A DNA stretch of 64,000 nucleotides from Massalongia carnosa (Eukaryota). Below the pieces are notes generated by a model, which was not told the origin of the DNA, did no database searches, and saw only the letters and a program-made list of their open reading frames with translations. Positions 12,452 through 23,900 of this stretch are shown here, piece after piece. Where the stretch lies: the NCBI GenBank assembly GCA_965645245.1, contig OZ287084.1:1488001-1552000 (forward strand), given 5' to 3'. Within the stretch, counting starts at the first letter, position 1; each line of letters starts with the position of its first letter. A program made the position numbers and the translations under genes.

Positions 12452-13370
12452 AGTAGTAATTCGGCTAAGGCGAAAGGTAATGACGGGACCGAGTGGAGGC
12501 AGGCCGCGAACAGCCAACAAAGGCAGAAGGACAAAGGAGGATGATGTCCAAAATAGTTGGACGAACAAGGGAGAGAAAGGGCAGATATAGGTGGCCTTTT
12601 GGCACTCTTCTCCTCATCATCACCGTTGATTCGGAGTTCAGCACCAAAAGGTCTTTTGAAAATCATTCCCGAATTAAAAACATCTGTTAATCACCCACCC
12701 TCAACCCCATCATTCTAAATCACCTCCATTTCTCATCCTATATTACCTCCCACATTGAGCCCATCATGCCTTCCCATCGCCCTCAAAGAATCACCAAGCC
12801 TTCCGCCCGCTCCGGAAACACCTCCGGGCCTGGTCAAAGTCCCACTCGTTCCACCCGATCCCCTAGGGGAGGGGCCATAGTTCCAGAAACACAGCATCCT
12901 CTGAACACTCAAGGCTCGGAAGGAACACTTCGGGGCGATGTGATAGACGTCCACCGAACACCGGAACTAACCCCGGACCTGCTGTTGGACCTCAGGGCTC
13001 AGCAGGAGGCCACGGCGACAGCCCTCAGGCAGGAGGAGACCCGTCACCTTCAAAAGCAAATCGCCGACAACTTGGCGGCCATTCAGCGCATAAGGGAAGG
13101 AAACACAGTCCCCGAGGGTAGGCAGGAGGCACACACTCCCCACCCGAACCAGCTACTGCCCGCTGAAACCGAAGGTACGTATCCATGTCTCCTTCCTCTA
13201 ATTATCGAGTATCCCGCCATAAACAGCATTTATTTCCGACAAATTCTGAACAACAAACTCGATCCCATAAATATTTCCAAGCTCTGCACCGATGTAGTCT
13301 TAATCAAACCAACTGTCAAACGAGTGAACCTGGCCAAAGGATACGAATTAATACAAGAAGAAGACGATGC
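12452..13370 (+). mobile_element. Probable tyrosine-recombinase retroelement (DIRS/Ngaro-like) 5' end with truncated gag-like ORF from 12766
   Basis: About 210-bp terminal sequence (gtaattcggc..cgaaaggtaat..gggaccgagtggaggcaggcc) has an inverted homologue at 42770-42970. The ORF is cut by the next Gypsy element. Family call is from recalled motifs; no RT or YR domain is in view. Confidence 0.45.
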
Positions 13371-16300
13371 GGCAGATGACATCTTCCCAAAGGAACCTAG
13401 CGACCGACAACGAATTGGCATTTCCTATTGCTCGAGCTTCTACCCAGCCTGAAAGATCATCTCTAGCAGCCACCAGGAACTTCTTGCCCTCCCTTGAAGG
13501 CATGTACACAACATCCAGACCTACTTTGGCCCAACAAAGACTTATCCAGGTAGGATGTAGAGCTTCTTCCTGCCGTGTAGGGTCCCGCATTTGACATCTC
13601 TCGCAACTTCGTACGTAGGCCTTGACATGAGCATGAAGGTCCTCTCACCAGTAGCGGTCAACAATCCTACGGTAGGTCCCTTCTCTCCCTTTGTGACCAC
13701 TCTCATCATGTAGTTTCTCCATAATCTCCTGTCTCTCCTTGTCGTCATCTACAACTCTTCGTATGGGGACATTTTTGTTGTTTCGTCGAAACAGCTTTCT
13801 CCCCTGCACACAGTATCTCATCGCTTCTTTCTTGAACTTGTAAAACTCTTTCCTTCCCATGCCGGCCGGTCTCTGTAAACTCGTAAGATAGGCAGCGATT
13901 TGTTGAGATTTTTCTGAATAACTCTCCTCTAAGGGCAGTTCGTCTGTAACGGAAATAGGGGCAACTCTTAGAGAGCCTAATTCTGCATCAATAAAATCTT
14001 CTATGTCTTCTTCCATCTCTCTCTCCCGTATATCGTCTTCGGTAGGGGGTTTACGAGACAGTCCATCTGCTGCTGTATGCTTTTTACCCGCAACGTGCTT
14101 CACGTCAAAGTCGACGAGCTGAATCCAAGCTATCCATCTGGTAACAAGCGCACCTGGCAAATCCGTCCCTCCACGATTTAATTGAGCCACAAGCACCGAA
14201 GCATCTGTCTCCAACAAGAAATGTACTCCATAAAGATAGTTGCGGACCTTCTTGAGAGCCTTCAAGACCCCTCTACACTCTCTCTTCGTCGCATCATAGG
14301 ACTTTTCGGTGTCGGACCAAATACCACTTTCATATTGCGAAGGGTGTCGCTTGCCCTCCCAGTCCTGCATCAAGACGGCACCCCATCCCTTACCACTCGA
14401 ATCCACTCCCAAAATGATGAGCCCAGCTCCTATCGAATAATCCAGCGACCGCAGTGCCGGAGAGGTAGTCAACGCAAGTTTCAGCTTATCCATGGCTTCC
14501 TGTTGCTCTACTCCCCAAACAAAAAGGATCTTCTTTTTGAACAGACGGTAGATAGGCTCAGCGACGATGGCAAACTCAAAGATCCATATACGATAGTACA
14601 CGCAAACACCGATGAAAGCTCGTGCACCGGTAACATCCTGACAAGGAGGCCAATCAACAATTTTTATGACCTTGGCAGTATCCGGATGTCGACCGTCATA
14701 GTCACAAATATAACCAACAATACGGATCCCAGGCATGGCAAATTGTGATTTTGCCCCCGAGATAGTCACACCAGCTCTCTCATAATCGGCTAGAACCTCG
14801 TCCAGCGCCTGAAGATGTTCCTTTATAAATCGGCGGATGCCAGGGGCGACCATTTCATTGTCATACTTTGTCTTGGGCCCTTTGACTTCCACATCATATC
14901 ATCCACGAAAGGTTCCGCATTATGAGGTATCTGAGCCTGCAGGATTTGATTATTTATCCTAACAAATTGTCCCACGGAATTGGTGGCTCCTTGAGGAAGT
15001 CGAGTCATCCTCATGAGTCCTAGTGCCGTCTGAAAAGCTGTATAGTCTCTGCTCTTGAGGTCTAGCGAAATTTGATCATATCCGGAAAACCAGTCCACCA
15101 ACGACGCTACCGAACATCCCGCGAAGTTCTCAGCAAAATCGTCCGCCATAGGAGGTAAAGTGGCGTCCCGCAAGGTAACTCTGTTCATTTCCGTGCAGGC
15201 ATTGATGAGCCTATATTTTCCCTTCTCCTTTTTCCCTATGACATACCAAGGATTGCGATAATGACCATGGCAAGGTTCTATTGCTCCGATCGCAAGGCGC
15301 TCTTTTACCATTTCGATGGTCTTCTCCTGTAGTGATTTTGGAATAGCGAAACCAGGATGCTGCCAAGGCTTATGCTCGATCGTACGGATCTCCTGCGGAG
15401 GCGCCACTTCTGGTCGGACCAGTCCCATCTCTGAAAAGTCCCAAGCGAGTGCAGCTTCCCTACCGTGTAGGACTTCGGCCAAAAGGTCTCTCTCTTCCAT
15501 GGACAACCCATCCCCTCCTCGAATCTTTTGCAATCTTTCTGGAGTCAATCGTGCTCCTCGCGCCATACGTGAGAATTTCGATATCAACCATCCTGGATAT
15601 TTTTCGTTGGGCAACCTAGGCATCGCTTTTTCCCTCTCCAAAGCTCTTTCTCTCCAATCAGGCATCCCCCCAGGCATTGAACCGTCAGAATCCATCTTTC
15701 CGCCGGGCGCACCTTATCACCCTTTCTCTTGTATGCTCCATCAACCCGAACAAACTCCCTATCTCTATCTCTTGCTTGTGAAACCGAAAATAAATCAAAC
15801 TTGCGTGATAACCGAAACAACTCCTGCCCAATATCAAAACTGGGTACAAACTCCCAATGCGGACTAGTGGATGTTCCAACCCTCAGCCTGCCGCTAAGGA
15901 TGTAAGCTGCAGCTACTTTGGATTTAGCGTCAAAATGGCGCACTAGGCCTAATCGGTTACTTAATCCAAGATTAAGTGACGCATTGGGACTAGCGCGCTT
16001 TTCTTTCTTCCTCGGGCTATTCGAACTCCACGCCGCAGACAAACCCCCGACAGCTCGCCTGCATTCTAGTTTAAAGGAAAAATGTCCTCCTCCTGCCGGT
16101 TGCCTTCGTCTTGAGTAATCAATAGCTCGGAACACGACAGACTTATGACCAGTACAGTTCTTGATGACCGCAAAAGCTCCCTGAGGACGGTACTCATACT
16201 GCAGCTCCACCATAAACAAGAAAGGCGCACCCAGGACCAGTTGATGATCCGCGGAGTCCACTACAAACACCTGTTGAAAACTCTTTAGACCCCCAATGTT

Positions 16301-19300
16301 TATCTCAACATTCTCGCATACTCCATCGAAGTGTTTTCGGTGCCCGGTGTGAGAAACCAAACCCAAGTGAGGAGCCGGTCTCCAGGATAGTCCAGCTTGA
16401 TGCATAAGCTTAGAGGTCATCACATTGACTTCCGCGCCAGAATCTAGAAGAGCCACACTTTTGAGAAAGCCTTCTAATCGAACAGGAGCCTTAGAAGTGG
16501 ATAAGGAATACAAAAGCTTCGGAATCTGTCCGCTACCCATCATCGCATCATCGCTAACGCCCAGTGAACTAACATGCGCGGTCGGAGGTTTAGGATGCTT
16601 TATAGGCTTGGAAAAGAGCTCTCGCACCCGAGGGGATATGGACCATAACTCGGACAAGGGCATGGTTATCGGTATTTGAGTCACCTTTTTCATCAGTGTT
16701 TCATCATCCATGTCGATTTTTGTCAGCTCTGGCAAACGGAGAGCTCGAGGAGGTTTCTCCTTGGCCTCATCAATTTCCACTACTTTAGGCTCAGACGAAG
16801 TCTCCTTCTTATCGGCTATAGCTTTCTTCTTATTGTCCGCAAAAGTCACGTTTTTCTTCGTAGAAGAAACCTCCGGTGTTTCATTTGGATAAGTCACAAA
16901 CTCCTCAACTTCTTCCATGTCAGTATCTTCTGTCGCATCTTCCACAGTCACTTGCTGCCAACTACCAAATCTCGTATTCTTTGGAGTAGGAAGCTTTTCC
17001 TCTTTCTCAACTTTTCGTTTCAATATCCGGCGAACTGGCTCATGAAAATTGGCGGTACTCTTCGGCTTCTCATTGACTCGGGCGGCGTTTACTATTGCCT
17101 CCTTGGTACTATCCGTGCGATGTTCCACAATGCAAAGGCCAAAATCTTTGTCGTCCCAACTCTCATCTTCACTAGACAACTCATCAGGTTCGAGCTCTCC
17201 AACACGCACCGTATTAGCTTCAACCGTGGCCGCAGGGGCAGAATAGCGAAGCCGTTCGGACTCTGCCACACACTGTCTTTGAGAACGGTCCAGCCTCATC
17301 TGTACGGGACGTGCGCCTGGGTTCGGAGGTCCTACACATATCCGACCCTCGAAGTTTAAATGTATACGATTGCTGGAGAGGTCAGCCCTATAATCAGAGC
17401 ACTGCCAGCGGCCTCTATGATCAGTAGACCAACAATAGTTGCAACGTTGAGGGTTCGAAGATGAGTAATTGCCACCAGCAGAGTTCGTTTGTGCCTGGGG
17501 AGGGATCAGAGAAGAAGATGGCTGTGCATTTCTAGGCTGCGACGTCGTTTGTTCGGGCACTACAGTAGGGGCAGATTGGAAATTTTGCTGAAGTGGAGGA
17601 GGCTGATACGGTCGGTAAGGTCGTGGGCCCGGTAGGGGCGCTTGCATCACATTGCTCTGTATGTTAGAGGTCACCGCAGTCACAGTGGACAACATCATAT
17701 CTTTAACACCGTGGGTAATTTCCTCGATAGCGCTATTCATAATAGCCCTGGTATCTATCACCGGAGGGGCTATAGGCGCTTGTGTAAGAGATGAACTAGG
17801 AGGAGAGGCTTTTTGCTTGCTCGCTGCCCGTCCATAATCATCCACCAAGGCACTAATCTTATCTTGTTCCTTATCTCCTCGTACTAGATCTCTCAGGCGC
17901 TGACTTGAGGTAGCCAGAGTTATAGTGTACTGGACCAAAGTATCGAGCATCAGGGGTTCGTCGCCTTCTAGGTCAATATCATATCGCATGAATAGCTCCG
18001 AACATAATTTCTCCGGTAAACCTTGAACAAACCATGAACATTGAGTGAAATTGTCAAGCCTTTGGCCGCCAGGAAGCTGCCTGCAAATAGCCACAAAACG
18101 ACGACAATATAGCGGTATGTCATCTTCCTCCATGCGAGGCTTATTCTTTAGTGCTTCCAGAAAAGCTCGAGAGTTGACTTGTTGCGAGGTGTCATTATGA
18201 CGATATCCCTTGCGCATTGCCTTGGCTAGGCTGTCCCAATCACCAGAGGTAAACTCGATCATAGACTTGACGTTCTGGCCTATCAGGTTCTCACAGTACC
18301 AGGGCAAACGTGGAATAATTTGATCTTCGGCGAGTCGGTAGCCGCGACACAAGAAGATAGCGATCCAGGAAATCGGTGACATTTCCTCCCGTGAAAAAGG
18401 GCGTTCCAGGGGAACCAGGGTGAGGTAAGGCCATATAAAAACGCGAGTCCATCTGGAACGGTCCTATAGCAGGAGGTGGTGGCAATTCCGCCGTCGGTTG
18501 GTACACAGGCTCACCGGCAGGAGCTTTTTCTGAACGTATGGAGGCGTCAGGAGTAGAGTCTTCGGATTTTTGTTCGAGTGTCTCCGGTCGCAGGCTAAAA
18601 GGGTCACTATTGGACATGATCAGCTCACTGTAAGACTTGTCGTATACTGTACCCAATTGCTCCAAGGAATAAGGCACTAAACTGGAGGGGTAAGAAACAC
18701 AAGGAAAATTTCGGGATCTCGATTTTCTAATAACAGAACGATGAACTTTTTTCGAATTTTCTTTTCTGCTCACTCTCTGATTTTCTCTGTCTTTTTGTCG
18801 CCTCCCTTCTTTACGCGGCCGAAAGGCTCAGTCTTATAGTACTCTCGGAACAATGTCTCCATGTCTCGGACCTCTTGGAGATATTTTTTGCCGAGCCATA
18901 ACAGCATGGAATCGGGAACTTGTAGCGAAATAGTAACCATTTTTCGTTAGTCGAGACGCGCCGTCGCATAGGCCGCTGCCACCAGTATTGAGGTTTTTCG
19001 GGATTCGCCACTCGCTAAAACCCGACGATGCTTCCAAAAAGGGTAAAGTATGGCTTGCGTCGTCCCGCGGATTGCTTCTTAGACTTCCAATTGGTCTTCT
19101 TTCAGCTCACCGCCTTCGGTCTAGAACATCAAGGTCGAACTCGATCCCACTATCAAACAAAGAAATAAGAAACACTCTGAAGGTTAGTTCACGATCCGTG
19201 CCCCGCCCCTTTTGAACTCTTGGCTTTTTCAGGGTCAAACGCGTTCCCACTCTCTTTTCGTTCGAATCTGCACTCGTTGATCTCTCTGGACTCTTGCTTC

Positions 19301-19666
19301 TACCGAATAGCCTCAAAAGGTCATCGCACCGTGGTCGCCAATGAAGAGGGGTAGTCGTGGGTGGTGCATACGTGATGACCTCAAGGAGAGAAGACCGGCA
19401 GAAAGCAAACAAGGAACACACGTGAAAACAACAAACAGAACGTTGGCGGTGACGACTCGGCCACTCTGACACTGTCACTCGGACACGAATACTGACTCTG
19501 GAAGAAAGAAAAATGTTGATTGCCTGTCTGTCTAGAGGGTGAAACTTCCCCTATCTATAGAAAAATGGGCGCCTCAGCCCCGGAAAAACCTCCCCTCCGC
19601 TCCGTCCACACCAATCCCCCCCCCCTCCCCTCAGCACCTGCCCTTGTCCCTATTCACCCTATCACA
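13370..19666 (-). mobile_element. Large-gag Ty3/Gypsy element (Ylt1-like), 3'-truncated, with 5' LTR 19342-19666
   Basis: gag-PR 18617-16066 (CNYC..H..C, LLDSGAEVN), RT (LPQG, FVDD), RNase H (VDSSG, ETDAS), integrase start (RDDLSGWVEARA). LTR TG...CA; PBS TGGCGACCACGG at 19340-19329 resembles tRNA-Asn primers. Multiple frameshifts. Confidence 0.9.
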
Positions 19667-20466
19667 ATATAACGTCGATCGTGTTCTGACAGCACTTCAG
19701 GCCGTCCAGAAGGTGATTAAGACACGCCGTCGTTGCGAATTGAGTGCTTCTGAATGGTGCTCTGCACGGTCGATTTAGTGAAATTAAGAGTCTTCCCAAT
19801 CTCGGTCGGTGTGTACCCCAACGCCTGGGCCCTAACAATCATACCGCGTTGATATGGCGTCAATTCAGTATTACGAGGCCGATAACCACTTATGGGGGTC
19901 AAAGAAGCACGAAGCATGGTAAAATGATGTGGTGTAAGTTAGGGGGTTGATGAATTGAAAACGCGAAATCACGAAAATCACGAAAATCACGGGTTGGGCC
20001 GCAGACTTTGGCACGGGACTGTCAAGGACTGGGTTGGGAATTGAACTAATGTTCCTAGGAATTGGATTGGATGATCAAGATGTCTTTATTAATGAGGCTA
20101 TAGCTCGGAGGTGGTTTGCTATACAAGACGTCGGACGAGGAGTCAGCTATCTACTGGATATGTCCTCTTTTTATACCTGAGCCGGCCCCTTCTTTCTCAT
20201 GTTTACCTTCACCCTAGATGAGAGATTTTGGTGATGGTGGCGGCGATAAGGTGGAGCGATAAGTGGGCCAATGGATGTGATCGTTCTAGTGATAAGAGGG
20301 TATAGTGGAGTGAGGAGATTGGTGGAGTGGAGTAAGGGGTTTATTCAGACTCATACCGAGGATGAATCTGAATAGGCTTTCAGGTGGCTTTTACCTCGAT
20401 CGCCGCTTGGCGGTTTGGGGTAATCAATTAGGTTTTAACTCAAACTTTATTTCATGACAGGGACTG
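19667..20466 (-). mobile_element. Tc1-like transposon 5' remnant
   Basis: N-terminal HTH (TELTPYQRGMIV..TKSTVQSTI..SGRPEVLSEHDRRYI). TIR start TA-CAGTCCCGTGCCAAAG is restored by removing the solo LTR. Cut by the Gypsy LTR at 19666. Confidence 0.75.
20020..20459 (-). mobile_element. Solo LTR (440 bp) inserted in the Tc1 TIR
   Basis: TG...CA ends, perfect TSD GGGAC (20015-20019 and 20460-20464). Confidence 0.9.
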
Positions 20467-20940
20467 TAGGTGCTGCTATCTGCACCACGCATGGTCGAAC
20501 CGTCACACTACCGCCCGTCTAGCTGCGGCTAGCCCCTAGCCGCTTCCAGTCATAATTAGCCCCGAAGAATAGGCTATTCTTAGCGTACGGCTACGCCGCG
20601 CAACGGGTTAGGTTAAACCCGTCGGGTTTTCGGGTTGTGATAGACTCCCTAAAGCCCGACCCGACGGGTTCGGGTTTTACATGCGGGTTTCCGGGTTAAA
20701 CCGTTCAACCCGGTCAGTTTTTTCTGCAAATTAAATATTAAAATTCGACGAAAATATTACGTTTAATGTGATAAAATTTTTTGCTTACTAATCATCATTT
20801 CTTGATGACTAATTTTCAGAGTTTTCAGAATTTTCAAATATATTTAAAACGTCTAAAAATGTTAAATTATCCTCCAACCCCTTTGCGGGTGCAGCGTAGC
20901 CCTGCGAGCCTTGGCGCGCTAGGTAGTATATAATAGCCAT

Positions 20941-23900
20941 TGTTATGATCTACCTAGAGACTAGTCATAGGGACACTAGAAACGAATACAATCAAGATGA
21001 AGAAGAAAAGATCAATTGAAAGACAAATCTCGCTCCTATATAGTCCAGCGGCCCCTAGCCCTCGACCGACTCGTGGAAGGATCTAGAAGGTTCGAGCATT
21101 GACCAGCTATGGAAACCGTGAATGCCGCGATGAGTCTAGCGCGCACACGCGATCCCGTGACTTCGGCTTGTGGCTTGTTCCGCTCCAGTCTACCGAAGTA
21201 GTGCCGAGTAGAACCGTGACACTACCCCCCGCTTTAGATCGCGAGTCACCTGACCGCGATAATGTCCGCGTTATCTCCGCTTAATCTGAGACTAAGTGAC
21301 CGATGCGATTAGTGCGATCATCGCGGTTTATTTGGGTTTCGTTGATGGAAGTCCTCCACCACTTCTTTTGCATTTTCGAAACCTTCGGCATCATACCATG
21401 TCAGGTCCTCGTCAATTCCCTTCCATTTGACCTTGTATTGCACCTTTCGGTACCGCTTTCGTGAGTCCAGAATGTCATCAAGTTCCCATTCTTCGCTACC
21501 TTCTACGACTATGGGTGGCGGTGGCTCGTTTATCTGACCTGGGAGTGGGTCGTCTGAGGCCTTTCGAAGCAAGCTGGTATGGAAGACATCGTGAATTTTC
21601 ATTGATGGTGGCAATTCTAGTTGACAGGATGACCCTACTAACTTCTTGACTCGATAGGGTCCAATCATCTTATGGTCCAATTTCTTGGACGTTCGTTCTG
21701 TCTTGATATTTCGAGTAGATAACCATACCATGTCGCCTACTTCATATGAGACGTCTCTTCGGTGTCGGTCAGCTGCTGTTATTTGCCTTTCTTGGGCCTT
21801 TCCCATATTTTGTTTGACGAAATCCCAGATTTTCTTCATGTCCTCGGTAATCGCTCGGGCTTTTCCATTGGCTAGCCTTTCCCTTGTTGATTCTGACGAC
21901 AGTTCGATTGGGTCGAAACTCATCCTTGGTTCATAACCTTTCGTGGCCATGAATGGTGACAGTCCGGTAGTGGCCGATGGTGCGCTGTTTGCGGCAAATT
22001 CCGCCATTGGAAGAAGGTCCGCCCAGTCGTCCTGATTATAGTTCACGAAACTCCGAAGGTGACGTTCCATTTCCTGATTCGCGATTTCACTTTGTCCATC
22101 TGTTTCTGGATGATAGGCTGTGGACAACTTCGCTGTGATTCCAAGGATTTTACACCAGGCTTTCCAAACTGTTGATGTGAATTGGGGGCCCCGGTCCGAT
22201 ACTATGCTGCTTGGGAGTCCATGATAGCGCCATACGTTGTCCACTAGGAGTTTTGCTGTGGCCTCGGACGTAGTTCCTTCTTCATCACATGTGCATGGGA
22301 TATAGTGTCTCTCTTTGGACAGTCGGTCTACTACCATCAGGATGGCGTCATTTCCATTGCTCTTCGGGAGGCCGGTAACGTAGTCTAGGGTGATGTCCAT
22401 CCATGGTCTTTCTGGTATGGGTAGCGGTTTCAGCAGTCCATTATACTTGTCCCTTGGGGCCTTGGCTCGTCGACACACATGGCAATTTCGCACATAGCGG
22501 CGTATGTCCTTGTTCATGCCTGGCCAATAGTAGTTCCGGCCGATTACATTCACCGTTCTGGCCATTCCGGGGTGCCCTACCGCCACTTGGTCGTGTATTT
22601 GCCGAATAACCTCTAGGATGTCTCTTTCTTGCCCGGCACCCATAAGCCCTTTCGTTTGTATAGAAGTCCGTTCTTCTCGGTGCAGTTCTTTATGTCCGGT
22701 AGAGAGTCGTCATCAGTGTTTCCTTCCTTTATCGCGTTTCGTATTCGGGTGAAGAGTTCGTCTTCGAGGTTTTCCTGTTTGATTCTTTCGTCGAGGGTCG
22801 GGAGTTCGGGGTCGGGTTCATCGTTCCGTGTCGTTTCTTCTGGTTCCGTCGCTTCTTCAATGGGCTGAAGTTCCAATCTTTCCGGGGGCAGTAGCGTCTG
22901 CAATTGGTGCTGCTGCCTTTCATCATCATCGTCGTGGGGCTTATCGTTTGGCCTTCGGGTTAGCGCGTCTGCTTTTTCATTTTTCTTTCCAGGCCGGTAG
23001 GTGATGACGAAATTGAACTCCGAAAGGAACTCCGCCCATCGGGCTTGCCGTCTAGTTAGTTTCTTCGTGGTCATAAAATACTCCAGGCTACGATGGTCGG
23101 TGAAGATTTTCACTGGTAATTCCGTGCTTTCGAGTTCCGGCTTCCATTGTTCAAAGCATCGAATGATTGGTAGCAGTTTCTTGTCATAGATTTCGTAGTT
23201 GCATTCCGCTGGGCTCATGTTCTTTGAAAAGAAGGCTACCGGGTGAAGTTCTCCGTCGTCTCCTATCTGGGACAACACACCTCCATTGACATGGTCCGAA
23301 GAGTCCGTTTCCAAGTATCACTGCTTGTTCCGGTCGAAATGTATGAGGATTGGGGCTTCACCGATCCGTTTCTGTAACGTCCTGAAAGCCTTTTCACATG
23401 CTGGGGTCCACTCGAATATCCGTTCTTTCTTTGTAAGGGCGTTCAATGGTTTGGCAATTTTTGAAAAACCCCTGATGAACCGACGATAGAAATTGCAAAA
23501 ACCAATGAACGACCGAACTTCACGTAGGCAGGTGGGGGTTTCCCATTCCTGAATAGCTTTGATTTTGGCCGGGTCCATGCGAATGCCATGAACTCCTATG
23601 ATCAGTCCCAGATATTTCGTTTCCGTCACATGGAATTCACATTTGTCTACGTCAGCCTGAAGTCCGGCCTCTCGAAGCTTTGTCAAAACGGCCCGCACAT
23701 GTTCCCGATGCTCTTTCAAGTTCTTGCTATAAATCAGAATGTCATCCAGGTAGGCCGTGCAGAATTTGTCCAGATAATCGAACAACACATCATTGATGAA
23801 GTGCTGCCAGGTCGACGGTCCTCCGGAAAGTCCAAACGGTAATACCTTGTATTTATAAGCGCCAAAACGGGAGTTGAACGTGGTCAGGTCTTCAGATTCC

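Noticed and set aside
14182..17359. Long plus-strand ORFs (188, 183 and 227 aa)
   Set aside because: Antisense shadows of gag/pol.
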